64,000 nucleotides of DNA. Source: an uncultured Solirubrobacteraceae bacterium (GTDB lineage Bacteria; Actinomycetota; Thermoleophilia; Solirubrobacterales; Solirubrobacteraceae). The position numbers and the translations under genes were made by a program. Positions within the stretch are counted from its first letter, which is position 1; the number at the start of each line of letters is the position of its first letter. The notes under the pieces were generated by a model, which saw nothing but the letters and a program-made list of their open reading frames with translations, made no database searches and was not told the DNA's origin. The stretch covers positions 440,635-504,634 of the forward strand of contig CAVXRF010000007.1 in assembly GCA_963764185.1 (NCBI GenBank), in the 5' to 3' direction. Of the stretch, positions 52,371 through 63,820 are shown piece after piece.

Positions 52371-52744
52371 TGGCGCGCGCGAAGGTCATCAGAAAGCGGC
52401 GCACGCTGAACATCCGCTCGGGCGATCACGTCCGCGTGATGGCGGGCAAGGATCGCGGCAAGAGCGGGCGCGTGCTGCGCACAGAGCCGAAGCGCCAGCG
52501 GCTGTACGTCGAGGGCCTGAACATGGTCAAGCTGCACACCCGTCCCGAACAGGTGCGCGACTCGAGCGCCTTCGGCGGCGCCGGCGGGACGGTGGGCGGC
52601 GGCGTGATCGAGCGCGAGGGCCCGATCCACATCTCGAACGTGATGCTGCTGGACCCGAAAGGCAACCCGACGCGTGTGCGCATAGAGCGTGAAAACGGCG
52701 CGCGCGTCCGCGTCGCAAAGAGCTCCGGCGCACGGCTCGACTGA
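52370..52744 (+). CDS. rplX: 50S ribosomal protein L24
   Basis: [27 protein letters not shown]. Confidence 0.98.
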   Translation: MARAKVIRKRRTLNIRSGDHVRVMAGKDRGKSGRVLRTEPKRQRLYVEGLNMVKLHTRPEQVRDSSAFGGAGGTVGGGVIEREGPIHISNVMLLDPKGNPTRVRIERENGARVRVAKSSGARLD

Positions 52745-52758
52745 CGGATCCCGAGAGC

Positions 52759-53925
52759 ATGAACAGCACAGCCTCCCCAGCCCGCCTGAAGACCCGTTAT
52801 CTGGAGGAGATCCGCCCGGCCCTGATCGGGCGCTTCGGCTACTCCTCGGTCATGCAGGCGCCCAAGCTAGAGAAGATCACGGTCAACATGGGCGTGGGTG
52901 ACGGTAAGCAGGACTCCAAAGTGCTGAAAGCGGCGCTCGAGCAACTCGCCACCATCGCCGGCCAGCAGCCGAGCGTGCGCCGAGCTCGCAAGTCGATCGC
53001 GGCCTTCAAACTGCGCGAGGGCATGCCGGTCGGCGTGGCCGTCACGCTCCGCTCCGAGCGCGGCTATGAGTTCCTCGATCGCCTGGTCTCGATCGCCATT
53101 CCGCGGATCCGCGACTTCCGCGGCCTGAACCCTCGCTCCTTCGACGGTCGCGGGAACTACTCGCTCGGCGTGCGCGAGCAGATCATCTTCCCCGAGATCG
53201 ACTACGACGCGATCGACCAGGTGCGAGGGCTCGACATAACGATCACCACCTCCGCCGCCACCGACGTCGAGGCGTTCGCGCTGCTCTCGGCGATGGGCAT
53301 GCCCTTCGCCGCCCAGGGCAGGCCCGCCGGCTTCGACCTGCCCGGCGAGGGGACGACGGACGACACTCGGCGGGAGCCTGAGGCCGCCGCACCCGCCGAG
53401 CCTGAGGCCGCTGTCGAGACCGCGCCCGCTGCACCCGTGCAGACCGGGGACGCCCCCGAGGCCGAGGTTGCCGCCGAGGCTGAGGCCGCCGTCGAGGCGG
53501 AGGCCGCCGCCGAAGCTGAGATCGTCGCCGAGGCTCAGGCCGTCGTCGAGACCGCGCCGGCCGGGACCGAGGACACCGTCGTTGAGCCCACGGACGCGCC
53601 GCCGACCGAGGCCGAGGCCGTCGTCGAGGATGAGGCCGCCGTCGAGGCGGAGGCCGTCGCCGAAGCTGAGATCGTCGCCGATGCCGAGCAGCCCGCGGAG
53701 GCGGTGGTGGCTGAGCCCGTGGGCGCCGCGCCGGCACAGGAGGCCGTTGCCAGCGAGGATGCCACCGAGAAGCCGGCGGACGCCGCTCCGGCCGAGGCAG
53801 AGAAGGCCCCCGAGAAACCGAAAGCCGCGAAAAAACCGGCCAAACCGAGGGCCAAAGCGAAACCGAAAGCAAAACCGAAAGCGAAGGCCGAGGACGCCCC
53901 GCCCGAGAAAGAGAGCACCGACTGA
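52759..53925 (+). CDS. rplE: 50S ribosomal protein L5 with ~200-aa acidic then Lys-rich C-terminal extension
   Basis: Core [27 protein letters not shown]; tail continues in frame to a stop overlapping the rpsN start. Confidence 0.98.
   Translation: MNSTASPARLKTRYLEEIRPALIGRFGYSSVMQAPKLEKITVNMGVGDGKQDSKVLKAALEQLATIAGQQPSVRRARKSIAAFKLREGMPVGVAVTLRSERGYEFLDRLVSIAIPRIRDFRGLNPRSFDGRGNYSLGVREQIIFPEIDYDAIDQVRGLDITITTSAATDVEAFALLSAMGMPFAAQGRPAGFDLPGEGTTDDTRREPEAAAPAEPEAAVETAPAAPVQTGDAPEAEVAAEAEAAVEAEAAAEAEIVAEAQAVVETAPAGTEDTVVEPTDAPPTEAEAVVEDEAAVEAEAVAEAEIVADAEQPAEAVVAEPVGAAPAQEAVASEDATEKPADAAPAEAEKAPEKPKAAKKPAKPRAKAKPKAKPKAKAEDAPPEKESTD
53481..53681 (+). repeat. 51-bp near-perfect duplication (150-bp spacing) inside the L5 tail
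   Basis: TGAGGCCGCCGTCGAGGCGGAGGCCG(C/T)CGCCGAAGCTGAGATCGTCGCCGA at 53481 and 53631. Confidence 0.85.
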
Positions 53926-54110
53926 TGGCCAAGACATCGCTGCGCGTCAAGCAGACGCGCACGCCGAAATACAAAACCCGTGCCTATACTCGCTGCAACC
54001 GCTGCGGACGTCCGCGCGCGGTGTATCGCAAGTTCGGGGTGTGCCGCATCTGCCTGCGCGAGCTCGCCCACAACGGCCAGATCCCCGGGATGACGAAGTC
54101 CTCCTGGTAG
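53925..54110 (+). CDS. rpsN: 30S ribosomal protein S14 type Z (Zn-binding)
   Basis: RCNRCGRPR...CRICLRE, 61 aa. Confidence 0.98.
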   Translation: MAKTSLRVKQTRTPKYKTRAYTRCNRCGRPRAVYRKFGVCRICLRELAHNGQIPGMTKSSW

Positions 54111-54144
54111 GACGCGCCACGACCTTCAAGTGACCACCTGAGCC

Positions 54145-54552
54145 ATGTCCATGACCGACCCCATAGCCGACTTCCTCACGAGGGTGCGCAACGCGATCCA
54201 CGCTGCCCATGAGACCGTTGACATCCCGGCGTCCAAAGTGAAGAGCGAGCTCGCGCGGATACTGGCCGAGCAGGGCTACATCGAGTCATGGTCTGTGATC
54301 CCCGCACCCGACGGCGGCGCCGGGCAGCTGATCCAGATTCGCCTGAAGTACACCGAGGACCGCCGCTCGGCGATCTCCGGGCTGAGGCGCGTCTCGCGCC
54401 CGGGCCGGCGCACCTACGTCGACGCCAAGCACATCCCCAAGGTGCTCGGGGGAATGGGCACATCGATCGTCTCGACCTCGCATGGCGTGATGACCGGCCA
54501 CGACGCGCGCGCGGCGGGCGTCGGCGGCGAGGTTCTCGCGCAGGTCTGGTGA
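54145..54552 (+). CDS. rpsH: 30S ribosomal protein S8
   Basis: [29 protein letters not shown]. Confidence 0.99.
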   Translation: MSMTDPIADFLTRVRNAIHAAHETVDIPASKVKSELARILAEQGYIESWSVIPAPDGGAGQLIQIRLKYTEDRRSAISGLRRVSRPGRRTYVDAKHIPKVLGGMGTSIVSTSHGVMTGHDARAAGVGGEVLAQVW

Positions 54553-54559
54553 GCGGCTG

Positions 54560-55093
54560 ATGTCGAGAATCGGTAGACAGCCCATTCCAGTGCCGTCCGG
54601 CGTGACGGTCGCGATCGAGCCCGGCTCGGTGCGCGTGAACGGGCCCAAGGGGGAACTCTCAGAGCGCATCCACAGGGACATCGCGGTCACCCAGGACGGC
54701 GAGCAGCTGCTTGTCACGCGGCCGACCGATCGCGGCGAACACCGCGCGCTGCACGGGCTCACGCGCTCGCTGGTCGCCAACATGGTCCAGGGTGTGACGG
54801 CGGGCTATGAGAAGCGGCTCGAGATCCAGGGCGTCGGATATCGCGCACAGCTGAAGGGGAAGAACCTCGAGCTCGCCGTCGGCTACTCCCATCCGGTCCC
54901 GATTCCGGCGCCGGACGGCATCGAGTTCGAAGTGCCCCAGCCGACCCGCGTGGTCGTCAAGGGCATCTCAAAGCAGCTCGTCGGCGAGACCGCAGCGATC
55001 ATCCGCAAGCAGCGCCCGCCCGAGCCCTACAAGGGCAAGGGCATCCGCTACGAGGGCGAGTACGTGCAGCGCAAGGTCGGAAAGCGCGCATGA
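54560..55093 (+). CDS. rplF: 50S ribosomal protein L6
   Basis: [21 protein letters not shown]. Confidence 0.99.
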   Translation: MSRIGRQPIPVPSGVTVAIEPGSVRVNGPKGELSERIHRDIAVTQDGEQLLVTRPTDRGEHRALHGLTRSLVANMVQGVTAGYEKRLEIQGVGYRAQLKGKNLELAVGYSHPVPIPAPDGIEFEVPQPTRVVVKGISKQLVGETAAIIRKQRPPEPYKGKGIRYEGEYVQRKVGKRA

Positions 55094-55443
55094 GCACTCT
55101 GACCAAGGGCGAGCGGCGGCTGAAACGGAGGCGCCGTGTGCGCGCCAAGATCTCGGGCACCGCCACGCGACCGCGCATCTCGGTCTTCCGCTCAAACCAC
55201 GGGCTCTCGGCGCAGCTGATCGACGACTCCGCCGGGCGCACGCTCGCCGCGGTCAACTGGTTCGAGCCCGAGCTGCGCTCGCTGCCCAAGCCCGATCGCA
55301 CGAAGCGCGCCGGTGAAGCGCTCGGCGAGCGCGCCAAGGCGGCCGGCATCTCAGAGGCCGTCTTCGATCGCGGTGGCTATCGCTTCCACGGCCACGTCCG
55401 CGCCTTCGCCGAGGCGATCCGCGAGACGGGCATCACCGTCTAG
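55090..55443 (+). CDS. rplR: 50S ribosomal protein L18
   Basis: [21 protein letters not shown]. Confidence 0.98.
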   Translation: MSTLTKGERRLKRRRRVRAKISGTATRPRISVFRSNHGLSAQLIDDSAGRTLAAVNWFEPELRSLPKPDRTKRAGEALGERAKAAGISEAVFDRGGYRFHGHVRAFAEAIRETGITV

Positions 55444-55488
55444 TGTCATAGGCACCCCGACCTCCTACCGCTACCCTCTCTCCCTCTT

Positions 55489-56169
55489 ATGTCCATATCT
55501 GTAGATCGCTCAGTCAGCCAGTCCGGCCTGGACCTTCAGGAGCGCGTGGTCGAGATCAACCGCGTCGCCAAGGTCGTCAAGGGCGGGCGGCGCTTCTCAT
55601 TCACCGCCCTCGTCGTGGTCGGCGACGAACGCGAAGTCGTGGGCGTCGGCTACGGCAAGGCCAACGAGGTTCCGCTGGCCATCCAGAAGGGGGTCGAGCG
55701 GGCCAAGAAGGATCTCTTCCGCGTGCCCAAGCACGGCAGCACGATCACCCACCAGACCACCGGCGTCTTCGGCGCCGGGCGCGTGCTGCTGAAGCCCGCA
55801 TCGCCCGGTACCGGCGTGATTGCCGGCGGAGGCGTCCGCGCGGTGCTCGAGCTCGCCGGCATCCACGACATCCTCTCCAAGAGCCTCGGCACGCAGAACC
55901 CGATCAACCTCGTCAAGGCCACGGTGGCCGGGCTGCGCGGACTGCGCACTCCCGAGGAGGTGGCCACGCTGCGCGGCCTGACGATCAGCCAGGTTCTCGG
56001 CCTCGCGAACAACGAGGCGGCCGCCGCCGAGACGATCAGCGGAGCGCCGGGCGCCGACCCGGCGATCAACGGCGAGGCGGCGAGCGCAGAGCCGGCCACC
56101 GCCGAGGCGGCCAGCGTTGCAGAGCCCGCCGCGCCGGCCGTGGCCGCCGAGGAGGAGGCGCCGGCCTGA
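55489..56169 (+). CDS. rpsE: 30S ribosomal protein S5 with acidic Ala-rich C-terminal tail
   Basis: [25 protein letters not shown]. Confidence 0.99.
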   Translation: MSISVDRSVSQSGLDLQERVVEINRVAKVVKGGRRFSFTALVVVGDEREVVGVGYGKANEVPLAIQKGVERAKKDLFRVPKHGSTITHQTTGVFGAGRVLLKPASPGTGVIAGGGVRAVLELAGIHDILSKSLGTQNPINLVKATVAGLRGLRTPEEVATLRGLTISQVLGLANNEAAAAETISGAPGADPAINGEAASAEPATAEAASVAEPAAPAVAAEEEAPA

Positions 56170-56351
56170 TGAGCACGCTGAGCGTCACCCAGCGGCGATC
56201 GAAGAACGGCACGAACGCCAAACAGCTCGACACGCTGCGCTCGCTGGGCCTGCGCCGCATCGGGCAGACCGTGCAGGTCAAGGACTCAGAGCAGGCGCGG
56301 GGCATGCTGCACGCCGTGCGCCATCTGGTCGAGGTCAAGGAGCACAGATGA
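56169..56351 (+). CDS. rpmD: 50S ribosomal protein L30
   Basis: TLRSLGLRRIGQTV...GMLHAVRHLV. Confidence 0.97.
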   Translation: MSTLSVTQRRSKNGTNAKQLDTLRSLGLRRIGQTVQVKDSEQARGMLHAVRHLVEVKEHR

Positions 56352-56854
56352 GCCCGGCCGCGGACTCAGAGCAGAAGCGCATCGGGCTGCACAGCCTCGC
56401 GCCCGCGCCCGGCAGCCGCCGTCCGCGCAAGCGCATAGGGCGCGGCGAAGGCTCGGGCACCGGCAAGACCTCAGGCCGTGGGCAGAAGGGCGCGGGGTCG
56501 CGCTCGGGCTCCAAGCGCAGGGCGGCCTTCGAGGGTGGCCAGATGCCGATCCACATGCGCATGCGAAAGCTGCGCGGGCCGCACATGAAGAAGTCGATGC
56601 CGTTCGAGCCGTTCCGCACCCACACCCAGCCCGTCAACATCGCCGCCCTGGAGAGCCGTTTCGACGCCGGCACCGAGGTCACGCTCGAGCTCATGAAGGC
56701 GAACGGGCTCGGCAGCCGCAAGGACGTGCCGGTGAAGGTGCTCGCCAAGGGCGAGTTGAGCAAGGCCCTGACCGTGCATGCCCATGCCTTCAGTGCCGGC
56801 GCGCGTGAGCGCATCGAGGCGGCCGGCGGCCGCTGCGAGATCATCGACGGCTGA
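56348..56854 (+). CDS. rplO: 50S ribosomal protein L15
   Basis: RIGRGEGSGTGKTSGRGQKG, FEGGQMP; ATG at 56348. Confidence 0.98.
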   Translation: MSPAADSEQKRIGLHSLAPAPGSRRPRKRIGRGEGSGTGKTSGRGQKGAGSRSGSKRRAAFEGGQMPIHMRMRKLRGPHMKKSMPFEPFRTHTQPVNIAALESRFDAGTEVTLELMKANGLGSRKDVPVKVLAKGELSKALTVHAHAFSAGARERIEAAGGRCEIIDG

Positions 56855-56964
56855 CGGAGCCTCGCCTCGTGCAACCGCTGATGCGCACGGGCGCATCGAC
56901 TAGAATCGGCCGTTCTGCAGTCGTGCGAGCGACGCCCCTGGCTGCGGCTCGGAACTGATAGCCC

Positions 56965-58236
56965 ATGCTCTCGACCATTCTCAACGCCTTCCAGGTTGCG
57001 GAGATCCGCAAGAAGATCGCCTTCACGGCGGGCATGCTGCTGATCTACCGCCTCGGCTCGCACGTCCCGGTGCCGGGAGTCAACCTCACCGCGGTCAACA
57101 ACATCCAGAAGGAGTTCGGCGGCTCCAACATCCTCGGCGTCCTGAACCTGTTCTCCGGCGGCGGCCTGTCGCGGATCGCGATATTCGCGCTGGGGATCAT
57201 GCCGTACATCACCTCCTCGATCATCCTGCAGCTGCTGCAGGTGGCGGTGCCGTCGCTTGAGAAGCTCTCCAAGGAAGGCGAGGTCGGGCAGGCGCGCATC
57301 ACCCAGTACACCCGCTACCTGACGGTGGGTCTGGCGTTCGCCCAGTCGATCGGCTACGTGTTCCTGTTCCACACGCTGCAGGCCAAAGCAGGCGAATCGG
57401 TGATCAGCCACTTCGACGCGCCGCACATCTTCCTGATCGTCATCTGCCTCACCACGGGCTGCGTGCTGTTGATGTGGATCGGCGAGCTCATCACCCAGCG
57501 GGGCATCGGCAACGGCATCTCGCTGTTGATCTTCGCCTCGATCGTCTCGCGCCTGCCGTCCGGCATCCAGCTCTGGTGGACGAGCCAGAATCAGGTCTTC
57601 AAGGTGATGATGCCCTTCCTCGTGCTGGCCGTCGTGGCGGGCATCGTGTTCGTGCAGGAGGGCCAGCGGCGCATCCCCGTGCAGTACGCCAAGCGCGTGA
57701 TCGGGCGGCGCATGAGCGAGGGCGGCCAGACCTACCTTCCGCTGCGCGTGAACATGGCGGGCGTCATCCCGGTGATCTTCGCCGTCAGCATCATGACCTT
57801 CCTGCCCACCATCGGGCAGCTGGTCAAAACCCACTGGGGCACGAAGCTCGCCGACTTCTTCGCGTCAACCGGCTGGCACTTCGTGGTCGGCCAGTCGATC
57901 TTCATCATCATCTTCACCTACTTCTACACCGCCGTCACGTTCAACCCCGTCGACCAGGCGGACAACCTGAAGAAGTACGGCGGCTTCATCCCCGGCGTGA
58001 GACCCGGGCGCCCGACGGCCGAATTCCTCGACCGCATCCTCGCGCGCCTGACCTTTCCAGGCGCCCTGTTCCTCGCCGCCGTGGCCGCGCTGCCGACGAT
58101 CCTGATCGCGCGCACCCACCAGAACATCCCGCTCGGCGGCACCTCGATCCTGATCGTGATCGGCGTGGCGCTCGAAACGATGAAGCAGCTCGAGGCGCAG
58201 CTGATGATGCGAAGTTACGAGGGATTCCTGAAGTAG
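56965..58236 (+). CDS. secY: Preprotein translocase SecY
   Basis: FALGIMPYIT, GIGNGISLLIF, FIPGVRPG, GGTSILIVIGV. Confidence 0.99.
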   Translation: MLSTILNAFQVAEIRKKIAFTAGMLLIYRLGSHVPVPGVNLTAVNNIQKEFGGSNILGVLNLFSGGGLSRIAIFALGIMPYITSSIILQLLQVAVPSLEKLSKEGEVGQARITQYTRYLTVGLAFAQSIGYVFLFHTLQAKAGESVISHFDAPHIFLIVICLTTGCVLLMWIGELITQRGIGNGISLLIFASIVSRLPSGIQLWWTSQNQVFKVMMPFLVLAVVAGIVFVQEGQRRIPVQYAKRVIGRRMSEGGQTYLPLRVNMAGVIPVIFAVSIMTFLPTIGQLVKTHWGTKLADFFASTGWHFVVGQSIFIIIFTYFYTAVTFNPVDQADNLKKYGGFIPGVRPGRPTAEFLDRILARLTFPGALFLAAVAALPTILIARTHQNIPLGGTSILIVIGVALETMKQLEAQLMMRSYEGFLK

Positions 58237-58314
58237 CGCCGCGATCGCGGGCGCAATCGGCTCCACGGCGCCGAACGCCGAGTCGCCGCCCGCCGCGATC
58301 AGCCCACGATGTAG

Positions 58315-59029
<715 letters not shown>

Positions 59030-59038
59030 GCTCCCCTG

Positions 59039-59845
59039 GTGATCATCAAGAAGTCGCCCCAGGAGATCGACAAGATGGCCAGCGCGGGCGCGATTCTCGT
59101 GGCGACGCTCGCACAGCTCGAGGGCAAGATCCGCCCGGGAGTGAGCACCGCCGAGCTCGACCGCGTGGCGGAGCGCTTCATCCGCTCGCGCGGCGGCGTG
59201 CCGACGTTCAAGGGCTATCGCGGTTTCCCCGGCTCGATCTGCGCCTCGCCCAACGAGATGGTCGTTCACGGCATCCCCGGGCCCTACCGCCTGAAGGGCG
59301 GCGACATCATGTCGATCGACGTGGGCGTGACGCTGGACGGGTGGGTCGCCGACGCCGCGCAGAACGTTCCCCGTGCAGCAGATCACGAGCAGTCTCAGAA
59401 CCTGCTGCGCGGGACCGAGGAGTCACTGCATGCGGGCATCGCCCAGTGCCGGGTGGGCAATCGCATGGGCGATGTCTCAAGCGCGATACAGACGGTGGCC
59501 GAGGACGCGGGGCTGTCGGTCGTGCGCTCGCTCGTCGGGCACGGGGTGGGGCGGAGCATGCACGAGGATCCACAGGTGCCCAACTACGGCAAGCCCGGCA
59601 AGGGGCCGCTGCTGGAGGAGGGCATGGTGATCGCCGTCGAGCCGATGATGACCTCCGGAGGCTCCGCGGTGCGCGTCGGAGGCGACGGCTGGGCGATCTT
59701 CTCCGAGGATTCCTCTCCGGCGGCGCACTTCGAGTTCACCGTCGCGATCACGGGCTCGGGGCCCAGGGTTCTCACGCCGTGGCATCTGCCGGCGCAGGAG
59801 CCGACTGCCGATGTCGTACCCGAGGGGGCCGCGAGCGCGGGCTGA
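59039..59845 (+). CDS. map: Methionine aminopeptidase type I
   Basis: VVHGIP, DVG...AD, GHGVGRSMHE, AVEPM. Confidence 0.97.
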   Translation: MIIKKSPQEIDKMASAGAILVATLAQLEGKIRPGVSTAELDRVAERFIRSRGGVPTFKGYRGFPGSICASPNEMVVHGIPGPYRLKGGDIMSIDVGVTLDGWVADAAQNVPRAADHEQSQNLLRGTEESLHAGIAQCRVGNRMGDVSSAIQTVAEDAGLSVVRSLVGHGVGRSMHEDPQVPNYGKPGKGPLLEEGMVIAVEPMMTSGGSAVRVGGDGWAIFSEDSSPAAHFEFTVAITGSGPRVLTPWHLPAQEPTADVVPEGAASAG

Positions 59846-59895
59846 GACGCCCGCCTCGGTCCGCGGCCGGCTGCGGGCCGAGGGGTCAGAGGAGT

Positions 59896-60021
59896 TGCTA
59901 CTATTCGTGGACCGCTCTGGCGCGAGGCGTTCCGCGCGCGTGAGCGTCTCCACGACCCGGTAGCGGCGGCCGCAACGGCAGCCAGAGCCGAGTCGCCGGA
60001 ATCCAGCCGCCGAAAGGGATC
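59896..60021 (+). promoter_or_regulatory. Promoter and structured leader of the rpmJ-rpsM-rpsK-rpsD-rpoA-rplQ operon
   Basis: Extended -10 TGcTACTAT 59896-59904; stem GCTCTGGC/GCCAGAGC 59914-59988 enclosing hairpins. Confidence 0.55.
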
Positions 60022-60135
60022 ATGAAGGTAAGACCGTCGGTCAAGCCGATGTGCGAGAAGTGCAAGATCATCCGCCGCCACGGGGTGGTGCTGGTGATCT
60101 GCCAGAACAAGCGCCACAAGCAGCGCCAGGGGTGA
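60022..60135 (+). CDS. rpmJ: 50S ribosomal protein L36
   Basis: Manual translation [37 protein letters not shown]. Confidence 0.98.
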   Translation: MKVRPSVKPMCEKCKIIRRHGVVLVICQNKRHKQRQG

Positions 60136-60143
60136 TCGTCTAA

Positions 60144-60528
60144 ATGGCACGCATCGCCGGAGTCAACCTGCCCTTGAACAAGCGCTCGGAGATCGGCCTG
60201 ACCTACATCTACGGGATCGGGCGCGCCACGTCGAACAAGCTTCTGAAGGAGGTCGGGGTCAGCCCCGACACCTATGTGCGCGACCTCACCGAGGACGAGG
60301 TGGCGAAACTTCGCGACGCGATCGACGAGGGGCAGGCCGGTCGAGGGCGATCTGCGCCGCGAGCGCTCGCAGGACATCAAACGCCTGCAGGAGATCGCCT
60401 GCTACCGCGGGTTGCGCCACCGGCGCGGACTGCCGGTGCGCGGGCAGAAGACAAAGACCAATGCGCGCACGCGCAAGGGCCCCAAGCGCATGCAGGTGGC
60501 CGGCAAAAAAAGAGCGGGCAAGAAGTAG
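60144..60528 (+). CDS. rpsM: 30S ribosomal protein S13 (one indel)
   Basis: [10 protein letters not shown]...YIYGIG; VEGDLRRE...[18 protein letters not shown]. Confidence 0.97.
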
Positions 60529-60924
60529 TGCCTCCCGCTCCCAAACGCGCCCGCGGCAGGCGCAAGCCCAAAAAGAACATCCCGATCGGCCAGGCCCACA
60601 TCAAGACGTCGTTCAACAACACGATCGTCTCCCTCACCGACACCAGCGGCAACGTGGTCGCCTGGGAGTCAGCCGGAGGCGCCGGCTTCAAGGGCTCGCG
60701 CAAGTCGACCCCGTTTGCCGCCCAGGTGACGGCCGACGCGGCGGCTCGCAAGGGACTCGAGCAGGGACTGCAGAAGGTCGAGGTCTACGTCAAGGGCCCG
60801 GGCTCCGGGCCGCGAGACCGCGATCCGCTCGTTGCAGGCCGCCGGTCTCGAGGTCACGGGCGTCAAGGACGTCACCCCACAGGCCCACAACGGCTGCCGC
60901 CCGCGCAAGCGGCGGCGCGTCTAG
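60528..60924 (+). CDS. rpsK: 30S ribosomal protein S11 (one indel)
   Basis: [33 protein letters not shown]. Confidence 0.97.
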
Positions 60925-60966
60925 CGACTTCCATCAAGCGACGAGATCGAAGAAGAGCACCAGCGA

Positions 60967-61587
60967 ATGGCAAGAGACACAGGCCCACAGTGCAAGCAGT
61001 GCCGCCGCGAGGGACAGAAGCTGTTCCTCAAGGGTGAGCGATGCCTGACCGACAAGTGCGGCGTGGAGCGCCGCTCCTACCCGCCGGGCGAGCACGGACG
61101 TGGGCGCATGAAACAGAGCGAGTACCGCGTGCAGCTGCGCGAGAAGCAGAAGGCACGCCGTTACTACGGGGTGCTGGAGAGACAGTTCCACGGCTACTAC
61201 GAAAAGGCGTCGCGGCAGCCGGGGATCACCGGCGAGAACCTGCTCGCGCTGCTCGAGTGCCGGCTGGACAACGTGCTCGTGCGCCTGGGCTTCGCGGCCT
61301 CGCGCCGTCAGGCGCGCCAGCTCATCCGCCATGGCCATTGGACGGTCAACGGCCGGCGGGTGAACATTCCCAGCTATCAGGTGCGGCCGGGCGAGGTGAT
61401 CGCCATCAAGGCGGACACTCCGGCCACGCAGGTGGTCAGAGATGCCACCGAGCTCACCGGACAGATACCAGCGTGGCTGCAGGCCGACCATGAGTCGCTC
61501 ACGGCCAAGGTGCTGCGCAAGCCGGAGCGGCGCGAGGTCGCCGCGCCGGTGCAGGAGCAGCTCATCGTCGAGCTGTACTCGAAGTAG
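60967..61587 (+). CDS. rpsD: 30S ribosomal protein S4
   Basis: [33 protein letters not shown]. Confidence 0.99.
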   Translation: MARDTGPQCKQCRREGQKLFLKGERCLTDKCGVERRSYPPGEHGRGRMKQSEYRVQLREKQKARRYYGVLERQFHGYYEKASRQPGITGENLLALLECRLDNVLVRLGFAASRRQARQLIRHGHWTVNGRRVNIPSYQVRPGEVIAIKADTPATQVVRDATELTGQIPAWLQADHESLTAKVLRKPERREVAAPVQEQLIVELYSK

Positions 61588-61680
61588 TAGGAGCTTTTCC
61601 GCGCCGCGCCCAAATCAGGGCTGTGGCCCGAGCCGGCGTCTCCTCGACGCCGGTGCGACACCAAAACGACGTTAGGACTC

Positions 61681-62658
61681 ATGATGCTCGATTTCCAAAT
61701 CCCCCGGATCACAAGCGAGTCCGCGGAGCAGAACCGTGGCACCTTCACCATCGAGCCGCTGGATCGCGGGTTCGGCTACACGTTCGGCAACTCGCTGCGG
61801 CGTGTGCTGCTCTCCTCCCTCGCGGGGGCGGCGGTCACGAGCGTGCGCATCGAGGGCGTGGCGCACGAGTTCTCGACCATCCACGGTGTCAAGGAGGACG
61901 TCACGGACATAGTGCTGAACCTGAAGGGCGTGGTCTGCCGGATGCACTCGGACGCGACCGAGGTCGAGGCGCCGCTGGTCGTGAGCGGGCCGGGCGAGAT
62001 CACCGCCAAGGACATCGACCTGCCGGCCGGCGTTGAGATCCTCAACCCCGACATACACATCGCCACGCTCGAGAAAAAAACGAAGCTCGAGCTGTACATG
62101 ACGATCGGCCGCGGCCGCGGGTATCGGCCCGCCGAGGAGAACAAGTCCCCCGACCAGCCGATCGGGGTGATCCCGATCGATTCGATCTTCTCGCCGGTCC
62201 GTCGCGTTGCCTACGCGGTCGAGCAGGCGCGTGTGGGACAGAAGACCGACTTCGACAAGCTGACGCTCGACATCGAGACCGACGGCTCGATCGACTCCCA
62301 GGCCGCGCTGCGCGAGGCGGCCGAGCTGTTGATCTCCCAGCTGGCGATCTTCACCGACGCGGACCGCATCCAGGAGCTGAGGGCCGCTCCGGGGGGACAG
62401 CTCGACGGTCATGGGCTGGCCGTCCCCGGCGGCGCCCCGGCGGCGCTGCAGGGCGAGGAGTACGGCATCCTGATCGAGGAGCTCGAGCTCGGGGTGCGCT
62501 CCTACAACTGCCTGAAGCGGGCTGGAATCCAGACCGTCGGCGACCTCATCTCCAAGTCAGAGGCGGAGCTCAACGCGATCCCGAACTTCGGCAAGAAGTC
62601 GATCGACGAGGTGATCGAAACGCTTCACGCGCGCGGCCTCGGTCTCCGCGCCGACTAG
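61681..62658 (+). CDS. rpoA: RNA polymerase alpha subunit
   Basis: EPLDRGFGYTFGNSLRRVLLSS, VRSYNCLKRAGI, NFGKKS. Confidence 0.99.
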   Translation: MMLDFQIPRITSESAEQNRGTFTIEPLDRGFGYTFGNSLRRVLLSSLAGAAVTSVRIEGVAHEFSTIHGVKEDVTDIVLNLKGVVCRMHSDATEVEAPLVVSGPGEITAKDIDLPAGVEILNPDIHIATLEKKTKLELYMTIGRGRGYRPAEENKSPDQPIGVIPIDSIFSPVRRVAYAVEQARVGQKTDFDKLTLDIETDGSIDSQAALREAAELLISQLAIFTDADRIQELRAAPGGQLDGHGLAVPGGAPAALQGEEYGILIEELELGVRSYNCLKRAGIQTVGDLISKSEAELNAIPNFGKKSIDEVIETLHARGLGLRAD

Positions 62659-62681
62659 GGCGAACTAGACTCCCGCGAGCC

Positions 62682-63035
62682 ATGCGCCACCAGAAGACAC
62701 GAAACAAGCTCAGCCGCGACAGCGCGCACCGCAAGTCGCTGCTCATGAACCTGAGCAAGGAGATCATCGAGCACGAGCGGATCAAGACGACCGAGGCCAA
62801 GGCCAAGGCCGTCAAGCCCGAGATCGAGAAGCTGATCACGCTGGCCAAGCGGGGAGATCTGCACGCACGCCGCCAGGCTCTCTCGACGCTCGCCCAGGAC
62901 AAGTTCGCGGTGCACAAGCTGTTCGAGGATGTCGCGCCACGCTACGCCGATCGCCCGGGTGGCTACACACGCATCCTTAAGCTCGGTCGGCGCCGCTCGG
63001 ACTCGACCGAGATGGTCTTCATAGAGCTCGTCTGA
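62682..63035 (+). CDS. rplQ: 50S ribosomal protein L17
   Basis: MRHQK...ERIKTTEAKAK...RPGGYTRILK. Confidence 0.99.
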   Translation: MRHQKTRNKLSRDSAHRKSLLMNLSKEIIEHERIKTTEAKAKAVKPEIEKLITLAKRGDLHARRQALSTLAQDKFAVHKLFEDVAPRYADRPGGYTRILKLGRRRSDSTEMVFIELV

Positions 63036-63063
63036 CGTCGCGCTCGCGGCTGATGCTCGCGGG

Positions 63064-63804
63064 ATGGTCACCAAGCTCACGATCGAGTACGACGGGACCG
63101 GCTTCACCGGCTGGGCGCGCCAGCCCGGGGAGCGCACCGTGCAGGAGGAGCTCGAGCGGGCGCTGCGCACGGTTCTCGGCGACTCTGGCCAGGACGGCGA
63201 GCCCCTGAGGCTCACCGTCGCCGGGCGCACCGACCGCGGCGTGCACGCATGGGGGCAGGTGGCGAGCTACTGCCACGAGGCGGTCGACCCGCTGCGCCTG
63301 AACGGGCTGCTCGACGACGACGTGGCTGTGCTCGCGGCCGAGCCCGCGCCGGCGCAGTTCGACGCCCGCCGCGACGCCACGAGCAGGACCTACTGCTATC
63401 GCGTGCTCGCGCGGCGCGCTCGCAGCGCGTTCGAGCGCGGGCGTGCGTTCTGGTGGCCCGGCGAGCTCGATTCAGAGGCGCTCTCACGGTGCGCGTCCGA
63501 GCTCCTCGGCAGCCACGACTTCACGGCCTTCACGCCGACCGAGACCGAGCACTCGCGCTTCCGCTGCGAGGTGCTCTCCGCCGACTGGCGCAGTGAGGGC
63601 GACGTGCTCGAGTTCTGGATCGAGGCGGACATGTTCCTGCGCCACATGAATCGCGCGCTCGTCGGCACCATGCTCGAGGTCGCAAGCGGGCGGCGCGCGC
63701 TCGAGGACTTCAGCGGGCTGCTCGATGGGGGAGAGCGCTCACAGGCGGGCAGGACCGCGCCGGCGCACGGGCTGGCGCTCGCGTACGTCTCCTACGAGCG
63801 TTGA
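63064..63804 (+). CDS. truA: tRNA pseudouridine(38-40) synthase TruA
   Basis: IEYDGTGFTGW, AGRTDRGVHA, FLRHMNR, TAPAHGL. Confidence 0.97.
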   Translation: MVTKLTIEYDGTGFTGWARQPGERTVQEELERALRTVLGDSGQDGEPLRLTVAGRTDRGVHAWGQVASYCHEAVDPLRLNGLLDDDVAVLAAEPAPAQFDARRDATSRTYCYRVLARRARSAFERGRAFWWPGELDSEALSRCASELLGSHDFTAFTPTETEHSRFRCEVLSADWRSEGDVLEFWIEADMFLRHMNRALVGTMLEVASGRRALEDFSGLLDGGERSQAGRTAPAHGLALAYVSYER

Positions 63805-63820
63805 CGTCGCCGGGCGAACC

